A stretch of 64,000 bases of DNA from Bacteroidota bacterium (GTDB lineage Bacteria > Bacteroidota > Bacteroidia > Bacteroidales > WCHB1-69), in contig JAKIZI010000001.1 of NCBI GenBank assembly GCA_022708105.1, forward strand, positions 16,942 through 80,941, written 5' to 3'. Each line of letters begins with the position of its first letter. The first letter of the stretch is position 1. Shown here one piece after another: positions 1 to 9,893 of this stretch. A program made the translations under genes and the position numbers. Below the pieces are notes generated by a model. That model worked only from the letters and a program-made list of their open reading frames with translations. It made no database searches and had not been told where the DNA came from.

Positions 1-2121
1 TCAGAAAGAGCCCTTCAATATTCTTCAATTTTTATGGATAAGAAATCGTGCATTATGAATATTATCATTCAAGAATTCATTGATGCAGAAAAAGCCGGAG
101 TATGTTTTACTTCAGACCCGAATGGCAATAAAGATTGTTTCTTGATTGAAGCTGTAAACGGATGGGGAGAAAATCTTGTGAATGGTTCTACCAATGCAGA
201 TCGCTACAGTATTCGCCGCAAAGAAGTCACACATTCTCTCGAAACCTATACGAACTTTTGCACCTCAACAAACACCCTGACCAAAGATGAGCTTCATCTT
301 ATTTGTCAAGATTTAGAGCGTGCAACCAATCAGTTTGCCTATGAAATAGATTTAGAGTGGGCGATTGGAAAAAACGGCACTTTGTATTGGCTGCAAGCTC
401 GACCCATTACGACTATGGATACTCCTATGATAGATGAATTCGACTGTCGACTTAACCTTAGTAATCAAGTTATTACAAGATGTAATGTTGGGGAAATGCT
501 ACCTAATGCCGTAACCCCACTTTCTCTATCCACAAGTGTATACAGCATAGATTGGGGAATGCGAAAAATGTTTGTAAATATTGGCGTCTTTAGTTCCATG
601 GACGACATCCCTCCTACTTCTTGCATCGTAAGTATTAAGAATCATTTATTTATCAACTTATCCAGTATCTACTATTTAGGAAAAAGAATGTATGGTACTG
701 GCAAAGAGGGGGTAGATCTTTCAATATGCGGAAAAATTCTTTCAGATTATCCTGATATTGATATTCCACCTGCGAATACAATCAAACGTATTATCAATTT
801 TTTTAAATACGTAAACACACTTTTTTCAAAAAACAAAGCAATTAAAAACCTAACCCGTCTTGCCGATGAATTGGTTTTTCATCCCACTCACAATATCGAA
901 GAACAATACGATCAAATTACATCTAAGATGGATTATATGTATCGTTCTTTATATTACCACTATATTACTTCATCCTATTCAGGAAGTATGAGTAGTGCAT
1001 TAACTATTACGCTTTCTAAAGATTTTTCTGACCAGCAAGAACTCAAAGCAAAAGTTGCAGGCGTATTGGAAAACATTGAAGACATAGAAAGTGTTGATAT
1101 TCTTCGTTCTTTGAGAAACATCTCACGATATCTATTCGAAGAAAATCCTGATGCGCTCAACTACTCTAGCGAAGAAATATCTGCTTATTTGGAACATTGC
1201 GGTCCTTTGACTCAAAAAGCGTATAATGATTTTATAAAAAGACACGGACATCGTGCCATAAGAGAAGCTGAATTAAGGAGCAAATCATGGGCTGATGATC
1301 CACTTTTATTGGCAGGGTATTTAAAAATGGTCATATCCACAATAAGTTCCTATAGAGAAGTACCCCAAGTTGATTGGGAAGAAAATATGAAAACATTGAT
1401 TTCTCCCTATAATTTTATCAAAAAACGAATCATCTCCTATTTAATTAAACAATCTCGTTTTGGGGTTAAAGCAAGAGAATTTTCAAAATCAAAAATCATT
1501 AAAGTTATCGATCAATTTAAAAAAGAATATCGTTCGCTGGCAGAGGAACTAACACGACAACATCTTCTCATTGATGAAGACAGTATATTCTTTTTAACCC
1601 ATGAAGAAATTGGACAATTAATTAAAAATAATGATCGATCTTTGGTAAAAAAAGCACTTGCACGACGCAGATTATTAGAGGAACAAAAGCGATTAACATT
1701 CCCTGAAGTTTCTCTTGGGACTCCTATTCCTATAGAAAAAAATAGATTTCAGACAGACAGCACCACATTCAAGGGGGTTCCCATAAGCAGAGGAATTGCA
1801 TACGGGAAAGCGAGAATAGTAAAAAGTGTTGAAGACGCAAAGCATATAGAGAAGGGAGATATTATGATTGCCGTATTCACAGATATCGGTTGGTCCCCTT
1901 ATTATTGTCTAATCAATGGACTCATCACAGAAGTCGGTTCGGTTTTATCACATGGAGCAGTTGTAGCCCGCGAGTATTCTCTTCCTCTCATTTCTAACCT
2001 TCCTTTTGTCACGCAAAATATTAAAACAGGAGATCATTTATTTATGGATGGGAATACAGGAGAAGTCAGAATTTTGGATGATGTTGAAATATCTGAACTT
2101 AGAAAAAAAGCGGTATCCTAA
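1..2121 (+). CDS. PEP-utilising-enzyme family phosphotransferase (ATP-grasp plus C-terminal swivel-His domain, rifampicin-phosphotransferase-like layout); 5' end outside window
   Basis: Track ORF 34..2121, but frame 1 is open from nt 1 (SERALQYSSIF precedes the listed Met), so the gene is cut by the window edge. It has the C-terminal mobile His-domain motif TEVGSVLSHGAVVAREYSLP and an N-terminal ATP-grasp/PPDK_N-like stretch. No PEP/pyruvate TIM barrel follows the His domain. Confidence 0.6.
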   Translation, partial: SERALQYSSIFMDKKSCIMNIIIQEFIDAEKAGVCFTSDPNGNKDCFLIEAVNGWGENLVNGSTNADRYSIRRKEVTHSLETYTNFCTSTNTLTKDELHLICQDLERATNQFAYEIDLEWAIGKNGTLYWLQARPITTMDTPMIDEFDCRLNLSNQVITRCNVGEMLPNAVTPLSLSTSVYSIDWGMRKMFVNIGVFSSMDDIPPTSCIVSIKNHLFINLSSIYYLGKRMYGTGKEGVDLSICGKILSDYPDIDIPPANTIKRIINFFKYVNTLFSKNKAIKNLTRLADELVFHPTHNIEEQYDQITSKMDYMYRSLYYHYITSSYSGSMSSALTITLSKDFSDQQELKAKVAGVLENIEDIESVDILRSLRNISRYLFEENPDALNYSSEEISAYLEHCGPLTQKAYNDFIKRHGHRAIREAELRSKSWADDPLLLAGYLKMVISTISSYREVPQVDWEENMKTLISPYNFIKKRIISYLIKQSRFGVKAREFSKSKIIKVIDQFKKEYRSLAEELTRQHLLIDEDSIFFLTHEEIGQLIKNNDRSLVKKALARRRLLEEQKRLTFPEVSLGTPIPIEKNRFQTDSTTFKGVPISRGIAYGKARIVKSVEDAKHIEKGDIMIAVFTDIGWSPYYCLINGLITEVGSVLSHGAVVAREYSLPLISNLPFVTQNIKTGDHLFMDGNTGEVRILDDVEISELRKKAVS

Positions 2122-2136
2122 AATCCGGAATAAATT

Positions 2137-3732
2137 CTATAACATATCATTAATTACCTGATTAACATCACGATGTTCAGGATAATCGAGAGAAAAGTGT
2201 AATCCTCTGCTCTCTTTTCGTTCCATAGCATTTTTAATAATCAAATAGCCCACATTAATCATATTTCTCAACTCGCATATTTCGGGGAAAAGAATAGATT
2301 TTTTGTAGAGATCTTCTGTTTCACGATACAGAATTTCCAATCTGTCGAATGCTCTTTGCAATCTCAAATTAGAGCGGACAATTCCTACATAATTGGACAT
2401 AATTGTTTGGAGTTCTTTTTTAGTTTGGGTAATCAGCACCATTTCCTCGTTAAGTACCGTTCCTTCGCTATCCCATTCAGGAACATCATCACAAAAATCG
2501 ATTTTCTGAACTTCTTCAACGGCATTCAGACAAGCGCGGTGAGAAAAGACCAAAGCTTCAAGCAACGAATTAGAGGCCAATCTATTGGCGCCATGAAGTC
2601 CTGTAGAAGCACATTCTCCGGAGGCATAGAGATTCAGAATTGTAGATCTTCCCCATTCATCCGTTTTTATTCCCCCGCATGAATAATGGGCAGCGGGCAC
2701 AACCGGAATCATATCCCGCGTAATATCAATTCCCACACTCAAACATTTGGCATAAATATTGGGAAAATGTTCAAAAATAATTTGACGATTAATAGAAGTA
2801 GCATCAAGGAAAAGATGGTCTGCACCGGAAATTTTCAATTCATTATCGATGGCTCGTGCCACTATATCACGTGGAGCCAATGAGCCCCGCGGATCGTAAT
2901 TAGCCATAAATTCAATACCATCAGTATTTTTCAGAATTGCTCCGGCACCTCTCATCGCTTCTGTAATTAAGAATGAAGGAGATTCTTTTGGATTATACAA
3001 TGTTGTAGGATGAAATTGCACGAACTCCATTCCTTCGACAGCACCTTTGGCGCGATAGACCATAGCTACTCCGTCTCCGGTAGCAATATCCGGATTTGTA
3101 GTATGCCCATAAACGGTTCCGATTCCACCAGTTGCCATCATGGTCACTTTTGAAAGAATTGTTTGCACCTTTTTCGTATTCGGATTATATACATAGGCTC
3201 CGAAGCAAGCAATATCAGTTGTTTTTCTGCTCACTTCAATCCCAAGATGGTGTTGGGTAATAATTTCAATGGCCAAATGATTCTCTAAAATTTCAATATT
3301 AGGATGTCTCTTGGAAGCAAGAATCAATTTTTTTTCTATTTCCGATCCGGTAATATCTTTATGATGCAATACTCTAAATTCTGAATGTCCTCCTTCTTTT
3401 GCCAAGGAGAACTTCCCTGAATCTGTTTTATCAAAATCCACCCCCCACTCGACCAGTTCCATAACCCGGGCTGTAGATTCCCTGATGGTTATTTCCACAA
3501 TCTTCTTGTCTGAAAGTTCATCTCCGGCAACCATGGTATCCCGAATATGTTTTTCATACGTATCCGGATGATAGATTACGGCAGCGACACCACCTTGAGC
3601 ATATTTGGTTGCAGTATCATCAATATTGGCTTTGGTAATCAAACATACTTTTCCATAATTGGCAGCTTTAAGAGCAAAACACAAGCCTGCAATTCCGGAA
3701 CCCACCACTAAAAAATCAACTTTTTTACGCAT
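2137..3732 (-). CDS. nadB: L-aspartate oxidase
   Basis: FAD dinucleotide-binding motif DFLVVGSGIAGL, succinate-dehydrogenase/fumarate-reductase flavoprotein-like core, C-terminal ESRGLHFSLDYP. The track start at 3750 is a TTG. The ATG at 3732 (MRKKVDFLVVG) is the more likely start. Confidence 0.85.
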   Translation of the reverse strand: MRKKVDFLVVGSGIAGLCFALKAANYGKVCLITKANIDDTATKYAQGGVAAVIYHPDTYEKHIRDTMVAGDELSDKKIVEITIRESTARVMELVEWGVDFDKTDSGKFSLAKEGGHSEFRVLHHKDITGSEIEKKLILASKRHPNIEILENHLAIEIITQHHLGIEVSRKTTDIACFGAYVYNPNTKKVQTILSKVTMMATGGIGTVYGHTTNPDIATGDGVAMVYRAKGAVEGMEFVQFHPTTLYNPKESPSFLITEAMRGAGAILKNTDGIEFMANYDPRGSLAPRDIVARAIDNELKISGADHLFLDATSINRQIIFEHFPNIYAKCLSVGIDITRDMIPVVPAAHYSCGGIKTDEWGRSTILNLYASGECASTGLHGANRLASNSLLEALVFSHRACLNAVEEVQKIDFCDDVPEWDSEGTVLNEEMVLITQTKKELQTIMSNYVGIVRSNLRLQRAFDRLEILYRETEDLYKKSILFPEICELRNMINVGYLIIKNAMERKESRGLHFSLDYPEHRDVNQVINDML

Positions 3733-3763
3733 AACATTATTCTTTAACAAAAAGTAATTTCAA

Positions 3764-4558
3764 TTAAAACAAGTCTATTACTTTCCCATCATTTTTTTCT
3801 TTTCGTTTTTCTTCTCTCTTCTTATATCTTTCTTCAGCAGCTTCAATACTTTCCTCATCAAATTTTATCTTCCCAACTTTCAAAGAAATGTGTCTGATTC
3901 GCGCAGCTCGATTCAAAAGATACCCGGTTGGAGCTCCGGGATTACGATCAAGAGGATTGGGATATGCGGCTGTAATCAGGGACGCTTCACGTCGAGATAC
4001 AGACTGTGCATCTTTATTAAAATAGTATTGAGAGGCTGCTTCACATCCGTAAATACCATTTCCCATTTCAATCACATTCAGATAAACTTCCATGATTCTT
4101 TCTTTACTCCAAAAAGTTTCGATAAGAAAAGTAAAATAGACTTCGCAACCTTTTCGCAACCAAGACCGTTTTGGCCACAGAAAAACATTTTTTGCCGTCT
4201 GTTGTGAAATGGTACTTGCCCCCCGAGAGGTTTTTCCATGTTCGCGATCATCAAGGACTTTTTGAATCGCTCCAAAATCAAAACCTTTATGAGCTAAAAA
4301 ATTATTATCTTCTGCCGCCACGGCATAATTGATAAAATAGGGGGATATTTCATCAATATCCACCCATTTTTTATCAATTGGAGCATCATTTGTTACTTTT
4401 CGAATAATCATTAACGGAGTAATAGGCGGATTAACCCATCGATATAAAATAGTGAGCAGTAAAGAAAAAATGATTAATCCCACCACTATTTTCCCCAACA
4501 GCACTATAATGCGTTTAAGAAAATTCTTTTTACTTTTAGATTTTCTTTTTTTTGCCAT
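3764..4558 (-). CDS. mtgA: monofunctional peptidoglycan glycosyltransferase
   Basis: N-terminal TM anchor, then GT51 motifs AAEDNNF, GASTISQQTAKNVFLWP and RKGCEVYFTFLIE. Confidence 0.85.
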   Translation of the reverse strand: MAKKRKSKSKKNFLKRIIVLLGKIVVGLIIFSLLLTILYRWVNPPITPLMIIRKVTNDAPIDKKWVDIDEISPYFINYAVAAEDNNFLAHKGFDFGAIQKVLDDREHGKTSRGASTISQQTAKNVFLWPKRSWLRKGCEVYFTFLIETFWSKERIMEVYLNVIEMGNGIYGCEAASQYYFNKDAQSVSRREASLITAAYPNPLDRNPGAPTGYLLNRAARIRHISLKVGKIKFDEESIEAAEERYKKREEKRKEKNDGKVIDLF

Positions 4559-4571
4559 TAGGAATATATTA

Positions 4572-5828
4572 TTAATGATGAATCTCTTTTATGGCATCAG
4601 GATTATGTTTATACTTAAACACCAATCCAAAGACAATCGCAACCACAAGGGCATAACCAGCAAAAATAAACCATGCCACATCCCATCCCATCGGGCTACC
4701 TGCAGGATTAGGAACAAAATTCTTCACAACTGCACCTGCGGCAAACGAACCAATAGTTGCGCCGAAGCCATTGGTCATAATCATAAACAATCCTTGTGCA
4801 CTTGAGCGAATAGCAGGAGATGTTTCCTGATTTACAAAAAGAGCTCCTGAAATATTAAAGAAATCGAAAGCCATTCCGTAAACCAACATAGAAAGGACAA
4901 GCATCCATATTCCCGAACCCGGATCTCCGGTGCCAAACAAAGCAAAGCGAAGTACCCATGCAAACATACTTAACAACATCACTTTCTTTATTCCAAAACG
5001 TTTCAGAAAGAATGGGATCAATAAAATACATAGTGTTTCTGATATTTGAGATAATGAAATAAGCATCACCGAATGTTTAACGCCCCATGCATCTGCGAAT
5101 AAGGGATCATTAGCAAAGCTATTAATATATAAATCTCCGAATCCGTTTGTAATTTGCAATGCAGCACCCAAAAGCATCGAAAAAATAAAGAAAATAGCCA
5201 TTTTACTATCTTTAAATAAAGTAAAAGCTTTTAACCCCAAAGCTTCAATAAAAGATTTCTTTTCAACAGATTTATTAACCGGACAGTGAGGTAAAGTAAA
5301 TGAATAAATTCCTAATAAAAGAGAAGCAATTGCGGAAACATAAAATTGCAATTCAGACACTTTAAAACCGGTAAGGTCAACTGTCCACATGGCAGCAATA
5401 AAGCCTATTGTACCAAATACTCGAATCGGCGGAAAATCTTTAATCGTATCGAATCCGAATTTTTCAAGTGCAAAATAGGCTACAGAATTAGAAAGAGCAA
5501 TTGTCGGCATATAAAATGCAACACCGAGAAAGATAAAAGAATACAATGTATTATAATCGGTTGCAAAAGCTGCCATAAAAATAAATAGTCCTCCCAGCAG
5601 GTGACATATTCCCAAGAGTTTTTGAGCCGGAATCCATCTATCTGCAACAATTCCCATTACAGCAGGCATAAAGAGTGAGGTAATCCCCATAATGGCATAA
5701 AAACTTCCGATTTGAACTCCGTTAAACCCTAAGGCTCCTCCCAAATAACTTCCTAAGGAAATGAGCCAAGCCCCCCAAATAAAGTATTGGAGAAAATTCA
5801 TTACAATTAATCGCATTTTTAAATTCAT
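4572..5828 (-). CDS. nupG: nucleoside:H+ symporter, MFS NupG family
   Basis: Colinear with E. coli NupG as I remember it: MNLK..L..FLQYFIWGAW, DFPPIRVFGTIGF, MAIFFIFSMLLGAALQITN, ISETLCILLIPFFLKRFGIKKVM, AFDFFNISG, SPAIRSSAQG, FKYKH. Confidence 0.85.
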   Translation of the reverse strand: MNLKMRLIVMNFLQYFIWGAWLISLGSYLGGALGFNGVQIGSFYAIMGITSLFMPAVMGIVADRWIPAQKLLGICHLLGGLFIFMAAFATDYNTLYSFIFLGVAFYMPTIALSNSVAYFALEKFGFDTIKDFPPIRVFGTIGFIAAMWTVDLTGFKVSELQFYVSAIASLLLGIYSFTLPHCPVNKSVEKKSFIEALGLKAFTLFKDSKMAIFFIFSMLLGAALQITNGFGDLYINSFANDPLFADAWGVKHSVMLISLSQISETLCILLIPFFLKRFGIKKVMLLSMFAWVLRFALFGTGDPGSGIWMLVLSMLVYGMAFDFFNISGALFVNQETSPAIRSSAQGLFMIMTNGFGATIGSFAAGAVVKNFVPNPAGSPMGWDVAWFIFAGYALVVAIVFGLVFKYKHNPDAIKEIHH

Positions 5829-5859
5829 AGTTCTTCTTTTTGGTGGATAATAATTAATG

Positions 5860-6471
5860 TTATTTTATTTTAAAATCTAGAAATTTCTCATCCTCAATAA
5901 ATCCTTGTAAATGGTCATTGATATGAAGTGTCCCTACACCCGCAGGAGTTCCTGTAAAAATAATATCTCCCGTTTTAAAAGTTACAAATCGGGATACATA
6001 AACGATTATGTCGTCAATTCCCCATAGCATTTCCGAACTATTGCCTTTTTGGACACATTTATTATTTAACAACAGAGAAAAAGAGATGTTATGAATATCA
6101 GGAAAAAGCTCCTTTTTCACAAATTTGCTCACTACAGCAGAACCATCAAATCCTTTAGCGACTTCCCACGGGTGGCCTTGAGCCACACATTTTCTTTGTA
6201 AGTCTCTGGCTGTAATATCAATACCTAATCCTACCTCATCATAATAGGTATGAGCATATTTTTTTTGGATATATTTTCCCACTTTATTAATTCTGACTAA
6301 TAGTTCTACTTCATACTGAATATCTTCCGAAAAATCAGGCAGAAAAAATGGTCTATTTCTATTTAAAATAGAAGAATCTGGTTTGAAGAAAAAAACAGGA
6401 GTTTTAGGAGGTTGTTGGGCAAACTCCTGAATATGACTCAAATAATTTTTTCCTATACAGATAATCTTCAT
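5860..6471 (-). CDS. fumarylacetoacetate hydrolase (FAH) family protein
   Basis: About 200 aa with the FAH-fold pattern (KIICIGKNY, EVELLVRI, SSEMLWGIDDIIVYVSRFVTFKTGDIIFTGTPAGVG). Confidence 0.75.
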   Translation of the reverse strand: MKIICIGKNYLSHIQEFAQQPPKTPVFFFKPDSSILNRNRPFFLPDFSEDIQYEVELLVRINKVGKYIQKKYAHTYYDEVGLGIDITARDLQRKCVAQGHPWEVAKGFDGSAVVSKFVKKELFPDIHNISFSLLLNNKCVQKGNSSEMLWGIDDIIVYVSRFVTFKTGDIIFTGTPAGVGTLHINDHLQGFIEDEKFLDFKIK

Positions 6472-6541
6472 TGCCTCTATTTAAAGAATGCAAAAATACT
6501 AAAATAATTACAGCTTATTTTCTTATCTTTATGATTATTTT

Positions 6542-8290
6542 TTAATTATTATCTTCTTCTCTTTTTATGTTCTCCTCTTTCAAATTCAAGTTTGATAAAA
6601 AATAGGTCTCTATTTTAGAATAACGTTTAAATGCTTTTCTTGAAATAAAAATTATAAAAACAATTAATAATGCAATCACAATGATGAGCCATATAGAAAA
6701 TGTAAAATATTTTGAGAGAAGAATAATCACAAAAAAGACAACCAACATTGTACGCAAGATAATCCAACTCAACAAAAGATAACGGCCTGCTTTACTCTCT
6801 TTCCAAACCATGGCATAAAACTCAATATCTTTTTGTTTTCCGGTCATAAGCCCCACCAAAAAAGGAGCAATCATGCTTAACGGCACCAGTACATTTACAA
6901 ACATTGCCCAATTATGAGGAATTCTATGGGTAATTGTCGTGTAAATAAAAGGATTTAAATAAGAAAAACAGAACAGCAAAATAGCAACAATAATTACGGA
7001 GAGGACAATCATTCTAGCCAAAACGTGTTTAATAATCTTACTTTTAACCGTTTCTTTTTTAATATTTTGAGCTTCTCTTTCGTAATTATTCAAAAATCGC
7101 TTTACTTTAGGAGAAAATCTCGGCAAAATCCAAGTAGCAAATGGAGCTGCAAAACGAATGGCATAAGGAGTCGTAAAAATCGTAATGACAGATGCCGCTA
7201 CAATAATAGGATAAATTTCAGGACGCATAACATTCAACGATACCCCTACAGAGGCAATAATAAATGCAAATTCTCCTACTTGAGACAAACTAAATCCTGA
7301 GCGCACAGCCACTTTAAATGGTTCTCCTGCAATTAATACTCCTGCAGTAGAAATAAATCCTTTGACAAAAATCGATAATACAGAAATTACAATAATAGTA
7401 CCCCAGTATTGACTGATAATCGTAACATCCATCAACATGCCTACCGAAACAAAAAAAATAGCACCAAAAAGCACCTTAATTCCCTTGATTAAATTCTGTA
7501 TTTTTTCTCCTTCGATTGTTTCCGCCAAAATCGAGCCCATCACAAATGCCCCAAGAGCGGTTGAGAATCCTAAATAGTTAGCTAATGCAACCATCCCGAA
7601 ACAAAGTCCGATTGAAAAGATTAGCAATGTTTCATCGTTAATCCATTTTTTTAATTTCTTAAAAAAAGTCGGTAAGAATGCTATTCCAACAACAAACCAA
7701 AGAATAAGGAAGAATACCAACTTCATCAGCAATATCAGCAGGGTTTCTCCTTCAAAATGCTGACTTGCTGCTGTTGTAGACAACATAACCATCATAATAA
7801 TGGCCACTAAATCCTGAAGAATAAGTATTACCATCACCACATCCGAAAAGCGTTCTTTGGAGAGGTTCAGTTCTTCAAAAACTTTAATGATAATCATGGT
7901 CGATGACATCGCCAACATTCCTCCGAGAAAAAGACTCTCCATTCCACTCCAGCCCAACAATTGACCTGTAATAAATCCTATAAAAATCATCCCAAGAATC
8001 TCAATCCCTGCAGCAATAAAAGCAGAATTTCCTATTCTGAATAATTTTTTAAAACTAAAATCAAGTCCTAATGCAAAAAGGAGAAAAATTATCCCGATTT
8101 CAGACCATTCATGAACATTTTCCATATCCATAACCGTAGGGAAAATACTGCAATAAGGACTTACTAAAAACCCGGCTAAGATATAACCGGGAACAAGAGG
8201 TTGTTTTAATAATTTAAAAATAATCGTAACAAACCCTGCAGATATAAGAATTAGGGCTAAATCTGAAAGAAAATGAAATTCTTCAGACAT
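6542..8290 (-). CDS. cation:proton antiporter (CPA2/Kef-type Na+/H+ exchanger family)
   Basis: Polytopic membrane protein of at least 12 TM segments. N-terminus (LSDLALILISAGFVTIIFKLLKQPLVPGYILAGFLVSP) is typical of the sodium/hydrogen exchanger family. Confidence 0.75.
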   Translation of the reverse strand: MSEEFHFLSDLALILISAGFVTIIFKLLKQPLVPGYILAGFLVSPYCSIFPTVMDMENVHEWSEIGIIFLLFALGLDFSFKKLFRIGNSAFIAAGIEILGMIFIGFITGQLLGWSGMESLFLGGMLAMSSTMIIIKVFEELNLSKERFSDVVMVILILQDLVAIIMMVMLSTTAASQHFEGETLLILLMKLVFFLILWFVVGIAFLPTFFKKLKKWINDETLLIFSIGLCFGMVALANYLGFSTALGAFVMGSILAETIEGEKIQNLIKGIKVLFGAIFFVSVGMLMDVTIISQYWGTIIVISVLSIFVKGFISTAGVLIAGEPFKVAVRSGFSLSQVGEFAFIIASVGVSLNVMRPEIYPIIVAASVITIFTTPYAIRFAAPFATWILPRFSPKVKRFLNNYEREAQNIKKETVKSKIIKHVLARMIVLSVIIVAILLFCFSYLNPFIYTTITHRIPHNWAMFVNVLVPLSMIAPFLVGLMTGKQKDIEFYAMVWKESKAGRYLLLSWIILRTMLVVFFVIILLSKYFTFSIWLIIVIALLIVFIIFISRKAFKRYSKIETYFLSNLNLKEENIKREEDNN

Positions 8291-8308
8291 CGATATTATT
8301 TTTAATTT

Positions 8309-9784
8309 TTAATAAGCACGAGCAAAAAGCACTCTTTGGTGAGAAGGCTTTCCTGTTAAAATACATTTCCCCTCTTCCTTGGGTGCATCAAAAGGAATTG
8401 CACGAATTGTAGCTTTCGTTTTTTCTTTGATAAGTTCTTCTGTTTCTGCCGTCCCATCCCAATGAGCCAATACAAATCCAGGGTGGTTATCCAGGATGGA
8501 TACAAACTCTTCCCAAGTATCTGCTTTTCGGGTATTTTCTTCTCTAAATTTCAATGCTTTTTGATAAATATTTTGTTGAATTTCATCCAATAATGCTTGA
8601 ATATTCTCCGGCAATCCTTCCATAGACATGGATACTTTCTCAAGGGTATCCCTTCTGGCCACTTCCACTCTGTTTTGTTCTAAATCTCTCGGACCGATGG
8701 CAATTCTCACCGGAACCCCTTTCATTTCATATTCATTAAATTTCCATCCGGAGCGTTTTGAATCGTCATCATCATATTTCACTGTAATATTTTTAGCTTT
8801 AAGTTGACTTATCAAAGGTTCCACAACTGCAGAGATTGCTTGTAATTGTTCTTCTGTTTTATAGATTGGAATAATAACTACTTGCAAAGGTGCTAATTTT
8901 GGAGGCAACACCAAGCCGTTATCATCGGAATGTGTCATAATCAGTGCACCTATCAAACGGGTTGAAACGCCCCACGAAGTTGCCCATACATATTCCAATT
9001 GATTCTCTTTATTTAAAAATTTAACGTCAAAAGCTTTTGCAAAATTCTGACCAAGAAAATGAGAAGTTCCGGCTTGTAGGGCCTTTCCATCTTGCATGAG
9101 CGCCTCAATGCAATAGGTATCTTCTGCACCGGCGAACCGTTCATTGGGAGATTTATATCCTTTAATCACCGGAATACCCATAAAGTTTTCGGCAAAATCG
9201 GCATAAACATGTAACATTTTGCGCGTTTCTTCAATGGCTTCCTCACGAGTAGCATGAGCTGTATGTCCTTCCTGCCATAAAAACTCAGCAGTTCTAAGAA
9301 AAAGACGGGTACGCATTTCCCATCGCACCACATTTGCCCACTGATTACACAAAACAGGTAAATCTCTATAAGATTGAATCCAATTTTTATAAGTATCCCA
9401 AATGATCGTCTCTGAAGTTGGCCTTACAATTAATTCTTCTTCTAACTTTGCATCAGGATCCACAATGATACCGTCTCCATCAGGATTATTTTTCAATCGA
9501 TAATGCGTAATAACCGCACATTCCTTTGCAAATCCTTTAACATGACTGGCTTCTTTACTAAAAAAAGATTTAGGTATAAAGAGTGGGAAGTAGGCATTCA
9601 CATGACCAGTATCTTTAAACATTTTATCAAGAACAGACTGCATTTTCTCCCAAATGGCATATCCATAGGGTTTAATTACCATACATCCTCTTACTGCAGA
9701 ATTTTCAGCAAGATCAGCTTTTTTCACAATATCATTGTACCATTGTGCATAATTTTCTTCGCGTGTTGTAAAACTTTTCGCCAT
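8309..9784 (-). CDS. proS: proline--tRNA ligase (archaeal/eukaryote-like class II type)
   Basis: Start at [20 protein letters not shown], then class II motifs ([27 protein letters not shown]) and a C-terminal ProRS-C domain ending FARAY. The track start at 9856 adds 24 implausible residues. An ATG is present at 9784. Confidence 0.9.
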   Translation of the reverse strand: MAKSFTTREENYAQWYNDIVKKADLAENSAVRGCMVIKPYGYAIWEKMQSVLDKMFKDTGHVNAYFPLFIPKSFFSKEASHVKGFAKECAVITHYRLKNNPDGDGIIVDPDAKLEEELIVRPTSETIIWDTYKNWIQSYRDLPVLCNQWANVVRWEMRTRLFLRTAEFLWQEGHTAHATREEAIEETRKMLHVYADFAENFMGIPVIKGYKSPNERFAGAEDTYCIEALMQDGKALQAGTSHFLGQNFAKAFDVKFLNKENQLEYVWATSWGVSTRLIGALIMTHSDDNGLVLPPKLAPLQVVIIPIYKTEEQLQAISAVVEPLISQLKAKNITVKYDDDDSKRSGWKFNEYEMKGVPVRIAIGPRDLEQNRVEVARRDTLEKVSMSMEGLPENIQALLDEIQQNIYQKALKFREENTRKADTWEEFVSILDNHPGFVLAHWDGTAETEELIKEKTKATIRAIPFDAPKEEGKCILTGKPSHQRVLFARAY

Positions 9785-9813
9785 TATTTTTCGTTTATAA
9801 ATTAACTTTTTAC

Positions 9814-9821
9814 TATCTTTG
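9814..9821 (+). promoter_or_regulatory. Bacteroidota -7 promoter box (TAnnTTTG)
   Basis: TATCTTTG lies 72 nt upstream of the ATG at 9894. Confidence 0.4.
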
Positions 9822-9843
9822 TAGTCTACAATATTAAATCGTG

Positions 9844-9851
9844 CAAAAATA
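9844..9851 (-). promoter_or_regulatory. Bacteroidota -7 promoter box (TAnnTTTG) for proS
   Basis: Minus-strand TATTTTTG lies 59 nt upstream of the proS ATG at 9784. It lies inside the 24-codon N-terminal extension implied by the track start at 9856. Confidence 0.45.
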
Positions 9852-9893
9852 AACAATAAAAAGCAATAAATTTAAAGGATAGGAGATATAGCC

